From the IMG/VR virus record IMGVR_UViG_3300033072_000529: 64,000 nt of DNA; one strand, 5' to 3'. A program made the position numbers and the translations under genes. The stretch comes from a virus (Duplodnaviria; Caudoviricetes). The notes under the pieces were generated by a model. It searched no databases. It was not told the origin of the DNA and saw only the letters and a list, made by a program, of their open reading frames with translations. Below are positions 47,722 to 57,979 of this stretch, one piece after another. Numbering within the stretch: position 1 is the first letter of the stretch; each line of letters opens with the position of its first letter.

Positions 47722-48315
47722 TGAGTTGATAAATATCGGTTCTAATTTGTCGATCTTTTTATTAAGGGAATTAAATTGAGGAGCTTTGATCAATACTCGA
47801 TCAAAGCTCTGTTTGTTTATACAGGGGAAACTAGATGCATATTGGGGATTGATATCCAGATGAAACAATACATCTGGAATATTATCCCATATTTTATGAT
47901 AATTTATGCATATGATATCATATGCATATGATGTATTAACATAGTTATCAAAGAATTGTTCATATTGAATTATATCTGTCGGAATAGCCAACAGTTGATC
48001 CCTGGATATATCGCCCAATTGTTTAATCACCTGTGCATGTACTCCGATGTTTCTCCAATGAACATCTCCAAATGATGCACGGGATGCTATGGAGTGTTCT
48101 GGTTTAGAATATAGATATATGACTTTTGCAGGCTCCAACTCCGGTATAGAACTGAATTGTTCGTGGGGTTTACCATCTGCATCAAAAAAAGGCTTACATA
48201 ACACTTTTGGTGGAAATCTACTATGTATATGATACGCCGTATGACCTAAATTGGTCAGAAAATTACACATCATCCAACTACCACATCCCCCATAACTGCA
48301 TACATAGTATATCAT
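47713..48315 (-). CDS. sulfotransferase-fold protein
   Basis: YVCSYGGCGSWMM (5'-PSB-like loop), H, KVIYLYSKP..SIAS (3'-PB-like), INYHKI; operon with APS kinase. Confidence 0.5.
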   Translation of the reverse strand: MIYYVCSYGGCGSWMMCNFLTNLGHTAYHIHSRFPPKVLCKPFFDADGKPHEQFSSIPELEPAKVIYLYSKPEHSIASRASFGDVHWRNIGVHAQVIKQLGDISRDQLLAIPTDIIQYEQFFDNYVNTSYAYDIICINYHKIWDNIPDVLFHLDINPQYASSFPCINKQSFDRVLIKAPQFNSLNKKIDKLEPIFINSSV

Positions 48316-49115
48316 AACTTAATATATCTATCTATTAGATGTTGTTTGGATTTCAACTGTAAAATTGGAGGTAAGTGTAGATTATAGATTGCCTGGATTT
48401 TTTCGGAAGGATAGAATTGTAAGGGTCTGGTTGAAAAGTTGAGAGTGTTCTGTTTATGATATTGGAAATTATCAGGGCGGTTGATTGTTCCACTTTGTTT
48501 ATGTCCTCTCATGAGTCCTTGATCATGCCAATTGAAACAATATGCTGGTATGCTGTCATCGTCTATCTTTATTTTATCATGTTTGGATAGGTATTCATAC
48601 CAAGATAAATGTTCCCCTCCGCCAGGATGAGGAATATAACCTATATTTCGTATGGTGTCAGTATGCGAAATAATGCTGGCTTCCATGACATTTCCTGCAA
48701 TTTCCGGTAGATCATCGGGTGCACCGGCCCACCACATACTTTTAACAGGTTTCCATGCTAGATAATCAGAGTGGCGATTTATACCATCCCAACATTGCTG
48801 TATGTTCCATGGTAAAAATATATCATCATCATCCCAGCATATATAATATGTTCCAGTTGCATGAGTCATAGCATCCCGTCGAATACTACCCAAATTATTA
48901 TACTCTGTTCCAGTTAGATAATCTGTATTATTATTGATTATTTTTATATTGGATATGTTCTTGAAATCATCTCCCAATACTAGAGGGAATCTCACAGCAG
49001 TATTATATATAATCAACTCTGTGGTGGCAGTTGTATGCTGGTTTAAAAAGAATTGTATAGATCGCTCCACACATTCAAATCTACCATAGGTGGTCATTAC
49101 GCAAGATATATTCAT
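48312..49115 (-). CDS. GT2 glycosyltransferase
   Basis: ISCVMTTYGR, F..Q, ELIIYN, LG..R, WDDDD..LPW. Confidence 0.85.
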   Translation of the reverse strand: MNISCVMTTYGRFECVERSIQFFLNQHTTATTELIIYNTAVRFPLVLGDDFKNISNIKIINNNTDYLTGTEYNNLGSIRRDAMTHATGTYYICWDDDDIFLPWNIQQCWDGINRHSDYLAWKPVKSMWWAGAPDDLPEIAGNVMEASIISHTDTIRNIGYIPHPGGGEHLSWYEYLSKHDKIKIDDDSIPAYCFNWHDQGLMRGHKQSGTINRPDNFQYHKQNTLNFSTRPLQFYPSEKIQAIYNLHLPPILQLKSKQHLIDRYIKL

Positions 49116-49504
49116 GATATTGTGAAAAAGTACGAGGCTTCTTCCATCGTGGGAGGCTCGTATAACGAGTTGGTGTCAGGATATCGTTCATCTCCTGGTC
49201 TTTTTATATAGAAAATTACATCCGGTTGTATGATTTTTCTTAATTCGACAGTAGGACATATGAAATCCAACAATACTATAGAATTGGTAGATTTACCAGC
49301 TAAATCTTTCATACGATGTGCTTGGCGTATCCGTCCTTCTATACTGAAATCCCAATCATTCGCATTTGCTCGTATAATATCAGCATTTAGGTGACAAGAA
49401 TCAGGTAAAATACTGTTTAGTATTTTACTATAAAAGGTTTTACCCGATCCAGGTAAACCGGTGACTAATATTATATGCTTATAAGGTTTGTATGGCATCT
49501 GCAT
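49112..49504 (-). CDS. cysC: adenylyl-sulfate (APS) kinase, short phage type
   Basis: TGLPGSGKT, LNAD.IR, DWDFS.EGRIRQA.RM, DFICP, YEPP. Confidence 0.85.
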   Translation of the reverse strand: MQMPYKPYKHIILVTGLPGSGKTFYSKILNSILPDSCHLNADIIRANANDWDFSIEGRIRQAHRMKDLAGKSTNSIVLLDFICPTVELRKIIQPDVIFYIKRPGDERYPDTNSLYEPPTMEEASYFFTIS

Positions 49505-50330
49505 ATATTGAATTCAATTGTTCAGCCGTTAAGCGGGAGGAAAAATGGTCATATATACTTTTGATAAAAGGATGGTTAGGGTCTTTATATATTTCTAGCC
49601 ATCCTACGAAATAATTCCATACTCTATCCTTTAGATCGTTGGTATAGGGCAACCCGTTTGGTCTACCAAAACGGTGATTCCATTTTAAATTAGGAAGGCA
49701 TATACATTTGGCTCCATTTTGGCGGAATTTTTCGTGTATATATCCCTCTTCGCCTCCAAATCCACGGAATAACGGATTGAAACCCAACCATTCAGATGTT
49801 TTACAAGAGAATAATCCTAATCCTTGAGATGGTATTTCAAATGGCTCACCTATCAACATTGCCATATGATTTGACCCCCAAATACCAAACATACCATCTC
49901 GCCATACAGGATCAAATTGTGTTGAATATCCTTGTAAACTATCATCCCATAATGGTCCTTGTATTAAATTTTTAGTGTTCGGATTTTGTGCGTAATACTG
50001 TAGCAAATGTTTAATCCCATCAGGTTCCAACATAACATGGCAATCCAAGCATAAAGTGTATATACCCTGTGCTAATCTGAAAATTTCATTTCTCGTAGAT
50101 GTGCCAGTCTTATCTTTATATGGAACATATCTAGCAGATATGTTTTTATTAGCATAGCCTTCTATGAAATGTTTGATCGCTTTACCATGAGCAGAATCAG
50201 GATTATTATCAACAACTATCAATTCAAATTGTTGATTATTACAACCCTGATATATACGTAGTGCTTGTACAGTGAAATAAACGCCATCGAAATCATCATA
50301 CACTGCCATACCAATCGTTAATTGTTTCAT
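49479..50330 (-). CDS. GT2 glycosyltransferase
   Basis: LTIGMAVYDD, ELIVVDNNP, RN.IF..AQG...LCLDCH, GFGGEEGY; GTAAATA 6 nt before ATG. Confidence 0.85.
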   Translation of the reverse strand: MKQLTIGMAVYDDFDGVYFTVQALRIYQGCNNQQFELIVVDNNPDSAHGKAIKHFIEGYANKNISARYVPYKDKTGTSTRNEIFRLAQGIYTLCLDCHVMLEPDGIKHLLQYYAQNPNTKNLIQGPLWDDSLQGYSTQFDPVWRDGMFGIWGSNHMAMLIGEPFEIPSQGLGLFSCKTSEWLGFNPLFRGFGGEEGYIHEKFRQNGAKCICLPNLKWNHRFGRPNGLPYTNDLKDRVWNYFVGWLEIYKDPNHPFIKSIYDHFSSRLTAEQLNSIYADAIQTL

Positions 50331-50371
50331 ATCGGATATTTACGAATAGCTATTCATAAGTGCAATATCAA

Positions 50372-52030
50372 TTAAGGAGGGGGTGGTGGGTTAGTGGTAG
50401 ATGTAGGAGGATTAGTAGTGGATGAGGTTGGCCCAATGGTAGTAGAAGTGGACGTAGACGTGGTTGACGTTGTGGGAACCACTGTGGTCGTTGTTGTAGA
50501 CGTAGACGTGGTTGTAGACGTTGTAGGCATCAATGTGGTCGTTGGCATTGGTGTGGTGCTTGTGGTCGTTGTAGTGGTCGTTGTAGCACAATCCTCATCG
50601 TATGTCAATACACCTAGTCCATCAGTTATATATTTTCTGATTCCCTCCACATATACCCCGCTGATTAATTTGGTGGTCAACGATGCATTCAAATAAGCTA
50701 TCGGAGAATCATCTAGATAGTATCCTTCTTGAGTATATATCCGCAGTAATGATCTAGGATCAGATGGACATGCATCATAACCCTCATATAATTCGTAAGG
50801 TGGTGGAACATATGGTGCCGGTGTGGTAGTAGGCGGAATAGGCACAGGGGGTGAACAACCATCCTGATATATAGATTCCTTAAGAATGGATAGCGCAGTA
50901 CCAAACAATATATTCTCATTATCATATACTTGCCGAGGCTGTATATAATTAACCAAACACTTAACATTCTGCCCTTTGATAATTGCATCTATATATTTCC
51001 CTATATATGATTCCAATTCAGCAGACCGAGATAGGTAATATATACCATTACATCCCGCTAGTTCATAAGTCAATTTACTTGCACAATCAGTTCCAGTGTA
51101 ATATGTGTTGGGGTCGATATAGGTAAAGCATTTATCATTTTTAGGCGTGCAGAAATTTATATTACCATTAGGAATGTATTCCCAGCCAGTGCTTCGTTTA
51201 ATATAACTAAACACCCCACTGTATGTATTATATATATTTTGGGTATTAAATTTTGAGAGAATATCGGGTGATATTGTATTCAGTCCTTGACTCACCAAAT
51301 TGTTATAAGTGGGTGCCAATAGTTCCCACTGATATATCAGGGTGTATAGTTGATTGATTGAATATTGCTTAAATGTAGCATATTCAGGATGGCTAAGTGT
51401 TCTATTTAAAATCTGAAATGTATTACTGTTAGGTATAGTAGTACTAGATTTGATTATCAAATCTGCCCGGTTTTCTCTTCGAAATATATTGTTTATAGTC
51501 GATATGATCACATCTACGTGATTTTTATAGATTATAAATGTTTGGATATTTTTGGTGGTAAAACCCAATGCTGCTGATACAGCATTCATAGCTTCTATGG
51601 TGATGTTGCTGACTGCCGTATTGTTCAATACATCAGGATCATAATTTTTAACAAAGAATGTCACATTAGCTATTTGTCCTGTGGATACCGTTTGGACGGT
51701 GTTATTCAACCAGTATAATATATCAGAATAGTTTCCGATATATGCGAAAGTTTTAGGATATATTAGGGATAATGGTGTTAGCCAATATCCTTCCAGATTA
51801 GAAACTGTATTAGTAGTATCTCTCCAACCTGCACTAAGGGTGTTGGTAGTAGTGTATAACTGTTGATATAATGCACTGTTATTCTGCATCAGGGTTGTGA
51901 ATGCACGCATTTTAGCCTCTGTGGTATTATAATCACATAGCCGGAAATTGAATAACTGGAAATTTCCATTAATATCCGCTAATGGATTTCCTAGGGAGTC
52001 AAATATATCAATAGTTTTAACAGTGTTCAT
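50372..52030 (-). CDS. putative virion protein with mucin-like Thr/Ser/Pro C-terminal tail
   Basis: N-terminus paralogous to 52033..52710; ends TTTTTTTTSTTPMPTTTLMPTTSTTTSTSTTTTTVVPTTSTTSTSTSTTIGPTSSTTNPPTSTTNPPPPP. Confidence 0.7.
   Translation of the reverse strand: MNTVKTIDIFDSLGNPLADINGNFQLFNFRLCDYNTTEAKMRAFTTLMQNNSALYQQLYTTTNTLSAGWRDTTNTVSNLEGYWLTPLSLIYPKTFAYIGNYSDILYWLNNTVQTVSTGQIANVTFFVKNYDPDVLNNTAVSNITIEAMNAVSAALGFTTKNIQTFIIYKNHVDVIISTINNIFRRENRADLIIKSSTTIPNSNTFQILNRTLSHPEYATFKQYSINQLYTLIYQWELLAPTYNNLVSQGLNTISPDILSKFNTQNIYNTYSGVFSYIKRSTGWEYIPNGNINFCTPKNDKCFTYIDPNTYYTGTDCASKLTYELAGCNGIYYLSRSAELESYIGKYIDAIIKGQNVKCLVNYIQPRQVYDNENILFGTALSILKESIYQDGCSPPVPIPPTTTPAPYVPPPYELYEGYDACPSDPRSLLRIYTQEGYYLDDSPIAYLNASLTTKLISGVYVEGIRKYITDGLGVLTYDEDCATTTTTTTTSTTPMPTTTLMPTTSTTTSTSTTTTTVVPTTSTTSTSTSTTIGPTSSTTNPPTSTTNPPPPP
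50375..50586 (-). repeat. low-complexity Thr-rich coding repeat
   Basis: Recurrent GTAGACGTGGTTG / GTGGTCGTTG units on the + strand. Confidence 0.8.
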
Positions 52031-52032
52031 GG

Positions 52033-52710
52033 TTATTCAAAAATCTTTGTACCATTAGACCATTCGAGATTAGAATCCAAGGTATAGCGTATACCTATGA
52101 ATTTGTTTATAAATTGGTCTTCTAGTGTCAGCGATGCATTGGTTGATCCGCAGTCTACTTTGGATTGGCCTTTTATAGTTATGCGTCTACTTATACATGA
52201 TGTTGTAGCAGTCCAGTTCACTATCTTTGTTCCTATATTGGATGTGGATGATGCGGTACGATTTATGAAATAATACTCGGGAGAAAATATGTATAGAACT
52301 TGACCCGTGATGTAATTCATACATGATCCGTTTCTAGGAGATACGTTCTCATTCAACCATTGTCGTATGACTTCTATATCAGAAGATGCCGTGAATGGAT
52401 ATGGATAGACCAAGGTTATGGGGGATAACCAAAATCCACTCATTTCACTAACAGTTGTAAAGGTATTTTGCCAGCATGCAGAATTTTGTGCAAGGGTCGT
52501 GTATGCACTATTCCAATTAGCACTTAAAGTGGAGAACGTTGTCAATGCTGGATTAAAAGAAACCCTGATTTCATTCTCCACACCGCATACTTGGTAATCT
52601 AATTGTTTAAAATTCAAGTTGATTGCTGATAAACTATTACCGATGGAATCCCCGCCTAAGATAGGATACACATAGTCACAGTCACCGCTTTTACATAAAT
52701 GTAAGGACAT
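52033..52710 (-). CDS. putative virion/fibre protein
   Basis: DSIGNSLSAINLNF, LSANWNSAYTT...SGFWLSPITLVYP; GTAAATA 5 nt before ATG. Confidence 0.6.
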   Translation of the reverse strand: MSLHLCKSGDCDYVYPILGGDSIGNSLSAINLNFKQLDYQVCGVENEIRVSFNPALTTFSTLSANWNSAYTTLAQNSACWQNTFTTVSEMSGFWLSPITLVYPYPFTASSDIEVIRQWLNENVSPRNGSCMNYITGQVLYIFSPEYYFINRTASSTSNIGTKIVNWTATTSCISRRITIKGQSKVDCGSTNASLTLEDQFINKFIGIRYTLDSNLEWSNGTKIFE

Positions 52711-52714
52711 ATTA

Positions 52715-55700
52715 TTATTTACACACCGTCATACAATCTGTAAATCGTTTACTTGGTAATAACACACAGTTGTTTGCTAAATCATCCCAGGTAATACCTT
52801 TCGCGGATAAATCAGCCCATGTAGTAGGAACCAAACAATTACTACCCATGACATTCCAAGTTCTACTATATGGATATATAGTGGATTCAGTCTGACAATC
52901 AGGGCTCACAGCCGTATTCCAAGTGATGGAACTTAATAATGGATTACTCAATTTATTAGTATCGGTTAATTCCCACCAGGAATATGGATTTATACGATCA
53001 CTGGTATTCTGTGGACTTGTGATAGTGTGAGCATTCCAAGTCCAACATACTGGTCCTTGTGTGAAATTATCCCGAACTTGCAACATATCTTGTAATAAGA
53101 GTAAATTATTATAAACTCCGTCAATACTTCTATTGATAGTGTCCCAGGTCACTAATTCATTTATACCCAACAAGGAATAATTCAATGCCGAGAGGGATAT
53201 TTCCGATGCTCTTATATTATCTATGGTGTGTGATAATAGCTCGAAATTGGAATCATATTTCGCGACAAATTTATATTGTATATCCTTCGCTAATAGATAG
53301 ATATTATCATTTAGTTTTTTAAATGTATCATTATATACCACGGGAGATACCAATTCGGGGGAGGTCACTAACATGGAATCGATACTCCATGCAGATGCAT
53401 AGAACTGATGCGTATCCACTGATAAAGGTTCCAAATATTCTAGATATTTGGTTAGTCCGTATGGATTAGATATATACATCTCATTGCCATTGAATGCCAA
53501 ACCTGTAGCAGAAGTGGTCAATATATTGGAACCGATTCTCAATCCATATATGGTATAGGATTTAATAATCGAGCCCGATATTACATATAATAGTTCATTA
53601 TGGAAATATATTTTAGTACCTGTGGATATTGTGAAAGTCCGAACAAGATTCAATGTGGAATCATATAGATAAACCTGTCCTGATTCTGTCAAGACCGCTA
53701 TATATGAGTCATTTGCAGCTACCGCTAGGGGTATATTCGTTCCCGCCCAATCTATGTTGCGAAGATCGCCAATCCAATTGAAGTATGCATTATATATTTT
53801 AACGGTCGGTTCTCCTTGGTCCACAATATAGATATTATCATCTGTATCAATCGTCATATCCATAGGCTTATTCAAATGAATATGTGAATAAGCTGGACCT
53901 GAACCACCCCAATATTGAGCCAACGTCATATCATCTTCAAATGCATAAATGGATTTCTTATCTTTATCCAATACTACTATTTTACTATTTGTATTATTGT
54001 ATACTATTCGAATTGGCTTGACAAACACTTCGCTGGGCGTTATGCTTCGCGCAGACAAGCCCAATGATACTGTAAAATCATTATTCCAAATTTTGATAGT
54101 GTCATCATCAATAATATAAAATTTTCCATCATTATAATATACATCTCCAATATTATGGATTTTATCCGAATATATAGGTGTAGCAAATGTGTTATCCCAA
54201 TGCCATTGTAATGTGGCATTTCTCTCTCCCAACCATCCAATATATTGTTTTGGTAATACTGAATTATAAGTGTATGCCATGCTACTTAGATAGACAATAT
54301 TGGTGTTAATTTTATTGATTGTGCTATTGAGTACAGATTCTAATTGCCAATCATTTGGAGAAATTTGGATATCATTCAAATTATATGGTAATGTGATTTG
54401 ATCGGGGAATTCTCTGATGATATTTTTATCCCAGGTTGGGAAAGAATCACGTATTAAGAAATAGTTTGGCCAAGTCCGTATAATCGGTGATCTACCATCT
54501 GCATAATACCCTGTCATACTAGGAGTATATGTCCCTTCGTTTAGGTATTGTGCGTATATAGGTTCAGATGCACCACTTAATGTAGTAGTTCCAGTATTTG
54601 TACCATCTGTGAAATCAAAATGATCAAATATATCAGGGGTTTGGTTCGATATGCTGATCATCTCACTGGTAGCATATATATTACGGGGAGAGAAAATTTC
54701 TAGATATGGACCATCATATGCTGTCAGTGTTACAACATTGGTTGTTATTTTCTGTGTTATCGGACAAGTATCATAAGGATAATTAGCTGGAGTTTTAATC
54801 ATATTACCTGATAGCGATAATGTGAACACGTTATAACTATTTTCAGTTATATGGAACTGGTTTGTTTTGTCAAAATTAAACTCGTTATTATATGTGAAGC
54901 TGTTACCTGTGAATGATAATTCGTCGGAAACACTGGTTAATCCGGTTTGTGCACTACTAAGAACCCATACTGCATTGGTTGATAATGCAGTATAATTTGT
55001 GGATACATAATTTACGTTTACTATAAACGGTGCATACTTATTAATTGATAAATTCAGATCAGGTGTATTGAGTATAATTGATGGGTTTATAGTTTGCGGA
55101 GTTCTAGGGGTTATCCATCCATTGAATACTGTTGTTCCAGTCGAACTAGCACCATTATATATGGTTATTGGATCGGTTGGCACGAATATATTATTAAATG
55201 CGGATACGTTTATGGATGATATAGGTGATATATCAGAAAATGTTACGCCTATGGTTTCTATATTAGATGTAGAGCTTACTTGTTTAGTACCAATTTTATA
55301 GATATATTGATCAAATCCGCCAAATGTGGATATTATGAAATTTTGTGTACCACATGGGCGCAGATAACGTAATCCACCAGAAGACAGATAGGTATTGTCT
55401 TCTATGTTTAATTTAGTTGTAGGTTGGAATTTATATTCAGGGAAAGCTATGAATTCCAGTTTACGGGGAGTAGAACCCAACACATTAATGCATATTTCAT
55501 CTGTAAAATCATATGCACCAAATCCACCATATTTAGGAATAGCGTCTATAGCTGATATTCTCATACAGTGGGTAGCAGTAAGCGGGAATGTGGCGGATAT
55601 ACCAGTATGTATGGTGTTATCAGGATATAACCATCTGATTTCTCCATAAGATGAGAAATCTTCCAGTATAGCAGATGCAGAAACATTTACAGATGAAGAT

Positions 55701-57901
55701 ACGAAAAATATACTTTCATACTCTCGGGAGTCTAATACTTGTCCATTGGAGCCGGATAGTGATGCATATATATTTGATTGCGAAGGGTAATCCCGTATAT
55801 TGAAAATGCGATTTTGTGATAAATTATAATCCGAGGAGAATACGTTTAATGCGATATTAAACGCTTGTATGGATGGATTATCAGGCGTACTATTAGCCGT
55901 ACATAATGCTTGAGGTTGTATATATTTTTGAATACCAGGGTATGCTATATTCTCAAAAAAGTTCTCGCCACTAGCAGTTTGGAATTGTATATCGGCATTA
56001 TTGTTTTCGTTCCATATAACTGACCCCGATTCCGGCACATCATATATTAAACCATTTTTAAGTATGGTTGGCTTTAATTTTAATTTACTGGATAATAGAT
56101 TGTTTTCAAATGTTCCATCTAACAACAATGATATATTGGCGAAAGATGCAGACGTTGGATACCATTTTATAGACCCTGATGTATTATATTGCTCTGAATA
56201 CATCGATATAGTAGTTGGCTCCACACCTAGGTTTAATATTTCAACTGAAAAATCATTTGCTACTGTTAATGTATTGTGGGGTAATATCTGTGTTCTTTCA
56301 CCGTTTACTAGTTCCCATATAACGGCATTCGCAGAAGGACTCACTGACCATTTTATATTATCGTTGGGGTCAGATGATGGATTTATTATGGATTGTAGTG
56401 CTATTGAATTAGGAGTAGCAGATAATTGTGTTAGCTGGATTAGTGCTTTATCACCATTCAAGGTGAACGTTATGGGGTCTAGCCGGTAGTAGGCACCACT
56501 CAAGGATGCAAACTCTAGTGCAACATCATAGGTGTTCACGTTTCCATCATTTATGAATTTCAGAGGTGCATTCACAGGTATCCAAGTAGATGGAACATAT
56601 ACAATATCTGTATTAGCTATAGGGCTGGCAGATAGTGTTATATCTCCACTAGTGTCTCTAAAGTTCATGAACCAATTATTGGTGTTTTGTTCTATAGGGA
56701 TGTTGGTGGACCAATAGTTATCCGTCATAGTCAATAGAAGATTGACAGAACTAATATCCACATGTACTGTATTCGCAGATGGGTGGAAATATACTACCAT
56801 ATCACGGTTTACCGGTCTACCAGATATCGGGAAGGTGTATATATAATCAAATATAGATGAATTGGTTGATAATGAATAATAGTTATTATCCAGTTTTGTA
56901 AATGATGTAGTTGCTGCTATGGGAGTAGCAGATGTACAGTATGTCAATAGCACATCTGATTGAGCAGGTATTTGGAAATTACTTTTCAGTTTCAGATATA
57001 AGTTCCATTGATTATTAGTTGTGCGGTATAATGTACTGGTCGTATCTAATACATCTCGATCTTCAATAGGTACACCGGATAGAGAATATGCAGTAGCAGA
57101 TGTATTCCGATCCACAGACACACTATATAATAGTGCACTATCTTCTAGATATGAAGTCGATAATGGGAAGGTGACAATAAATGATTGAGGTAATATATTA
57201 GTGTCGAATGGAGAAACTGCCGGTATTTTAGAACCAACTGATGCAGTTTTGCTGCCCAATAAATTGGTATTTTTGGTCGTAGTCATCCATGTCAATTGTC
57301 TTTTCTGATTATTGACTTTTATAACGGGCTCTCTCAGAGATGCGATATTTCCCGATATACCATATAGGGTAGCCGGATCAAGAGACTCATAGTAGTCTTG
57401 TCGAGTGGTCACGTTTTCTAGCCCTATATAGGGAGATAATACAGCAGATAGGGTGAAACTATTATTAACTGCACTACCACTTTGGTATATGGATGTACCT
57501 TGTATGATTGGATAAAAATTGGTAGGAAATACCGCTATTGCCGTTAATCCCCCGTGGAAACTCATATGTCCATACCTATCGCTGCTATTGGAGAAATCCA
57601 CAAATAGTGGATAGTCTGCGGGTATTTCTAGACTGTAATGAGTTTGTTGATATGAATCAGTTTTATCATCATCATATATACCTGATATAACTTGGGAACT
57701 CAATACTGCATATGTAATGCCGACTTGATCGAAGGTTGGTGCATTGCGCCATTTTTTCATCACATCTCCGTCGATATACGTATTATCTCGTATTGCGAAT
57801 GATGTAGAGGCATTAGATTCTGCATCAATATCCTGGGATAGAAAAATACCTAATTTTTCATGGGGAAAAGCGCAGAGAGGAAATACTTCCGATAGAATCA
57901 T
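52715..57901 (-). CDS. very large putative virion protein (Ig/PKD-like segments, NHL beta-propeller, Trp-repeat C-terminus); start moved to ATG 57901
   Basis: Y..EGTYT PKD-like motif; LNKP.D..ID.DDNIYIVD NHL repeat; TATAAATA (57907-57914, - strand) 5 nt before ATG. Confidence 0.7.
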   Translation of the reverse strand: MILSEVFPLCAFPHEKLGIFLSQDIDAESNASTSFAIRDNTYIDGDVMKKWRNAPTFDQVGITYAVLSSQVISGIYDDDKTDSYQQTHYSLEIPADYPLFVDFSNSSDRYGHMSFHGGLTAIAVFPTNFYPIIQGTSIYQSGSAVNNSFTLSAVLSPYIGLENVTTRQDYYESLDPATLYGISGNIASLREPVIKVNNQKRQLTWMTTTKNTNLLGSKTASVGSKIPAVSPFDTNILPQSFIVTFPLSTSYLEDSALLYSVSVDRNTSATAYSLSGVPIEDRDVLDTTSTLYRTTNNQWNLYLKLKSNFQIPAQSDVLLTYCTSATPIAATTSFTKLDNNYYSLSTNSSIFDYIYTFPISGRPVNRDMVVYFHPSANTVHVDISSVNLLLTMTDNYWSTNIPIEQNTNNWFMNFRDTSGDITLSASPIANTDIVYVPSTWIPVNAPLKFINDGNVNTYDVALEFASLSGAYYRLDPITFTLNGDKALIQLTQLSATPNSIALQSIINPSSDPNDNIKWSVSPSANAVIWELVNGERTQILPHNTLTVANDFSVEILNLGVEPTTISMYSEQYNTSGSIKWYPTSASFANISLLLDGTFENNLLSSKLKLKPTILKNGLIYDVPESGSVIWNENNNADIQFQTASGENFFENIAYPGIQKYIQPQALCTANSTPDNPSIQAFNIALNVFSSDYNLSQNRIFNIRDYPSQSNIYASLSGSNGQVLDSREYESIFFVSSSVNVSASAILEDFSSYGEIRWLYPDNTIHTGISATFPLTATHCMRISAIDAIPKYGGFGAYDFTDEICINVLGSTPRKLEFIAFPEYKFQPTTKLNIEDNTYLSSGGLRYLRPCGTQNFIISTFGGFDQYIYKIGTKQVSSTSNIETIGVTFSDISPISSINVSAFNNIFVPTDPITIYNGASSTGTTVFNGWITPRTPQTINPSIILNTPDLNLSINKYAPFIVNVNYVSTNYTALSTNAVWVLSSAQTGLTSVSDELSFTGNSFTYNNEFNFDKTNQFHITENSYNVFTLSLSGNMIKTPANYPYDTCPITQKITTNVVTLTAYDGPYLEIFSPRNIYATSEMISISNQTPDIFDHFDFTDGTNTGTTTLSGASEPIYAQYLNEGTYTPSMTGYYADGRSPIIRTWPNYFLIRDSFPTWDKNIIREFPDQITLPYNLNDIQISPNDWQLESVLNSTINKINTNIVYLSSMAYTYNSVLPKQYIGWLGERNATLQWHWDNTFATPIYSDKIHNIGDVYYNDGKFYIIDDDTIKIWNNDFTVSLGLSARSITPSEVFVKPIRIVYNNTNSKIVVLDKDKKSIYAFEDDMTLAQYWGGSGPAYSHIHLNKPMDMTIDTDDNIYIVDQGEPTVKIYNAYFNWIGDLRNIDWAGTNIPLAVAANDSYIAVLTESGQVYLYDSTLNLVRTFTISTGTKIYFHNELLYVISGSIIKSYTIYGLRIGSNILTTSATGLAFNGNEMYISNPYGLTKYLEYLEPLSVDTHQFYASAWSIDSMLVTSPELVSPVVYNDTFKKLNDNIYLLAKDIQYKFVAKYDSNFELLSHTIDNIRASEISLSALNYSLLGINELVTWDTINRSIDGVYNNLLLLQDMLQVRDNFTQGPVCWTWNAHTITSPQNTSDRINPYSWWELTDTNKLSNPLLSSITWNTAVSPDCQTESTIYPYSRTWNVMGSNCLVPTTWADLSAKGITWDDLANNCVLLPSKRFTDCMTVCK

Positions 57902-57945
57902 AACATTATTTATACACATATAATTCCCGTAAAATGGGAAACTCC

Positions 57946-57973
57946 TTGACATTACCAATATAACTGGTATAAT
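57946..57973 (+). promoter_or_regulatory. consensus sigma70 promoter, probably leaderless
   Basis: TTGACA-N16-TATAAT with TG extension; ATG 6 nt downstream; back-to-back with the late promoter at 57907. Confidence 0.8.
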
Positions 57974-57979
57974 TAAAGA

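Noticed and set aside
50394-50696. Val-rich + strand ORF
   Set aside because: Antisense shadow of the Thr-rich repeat
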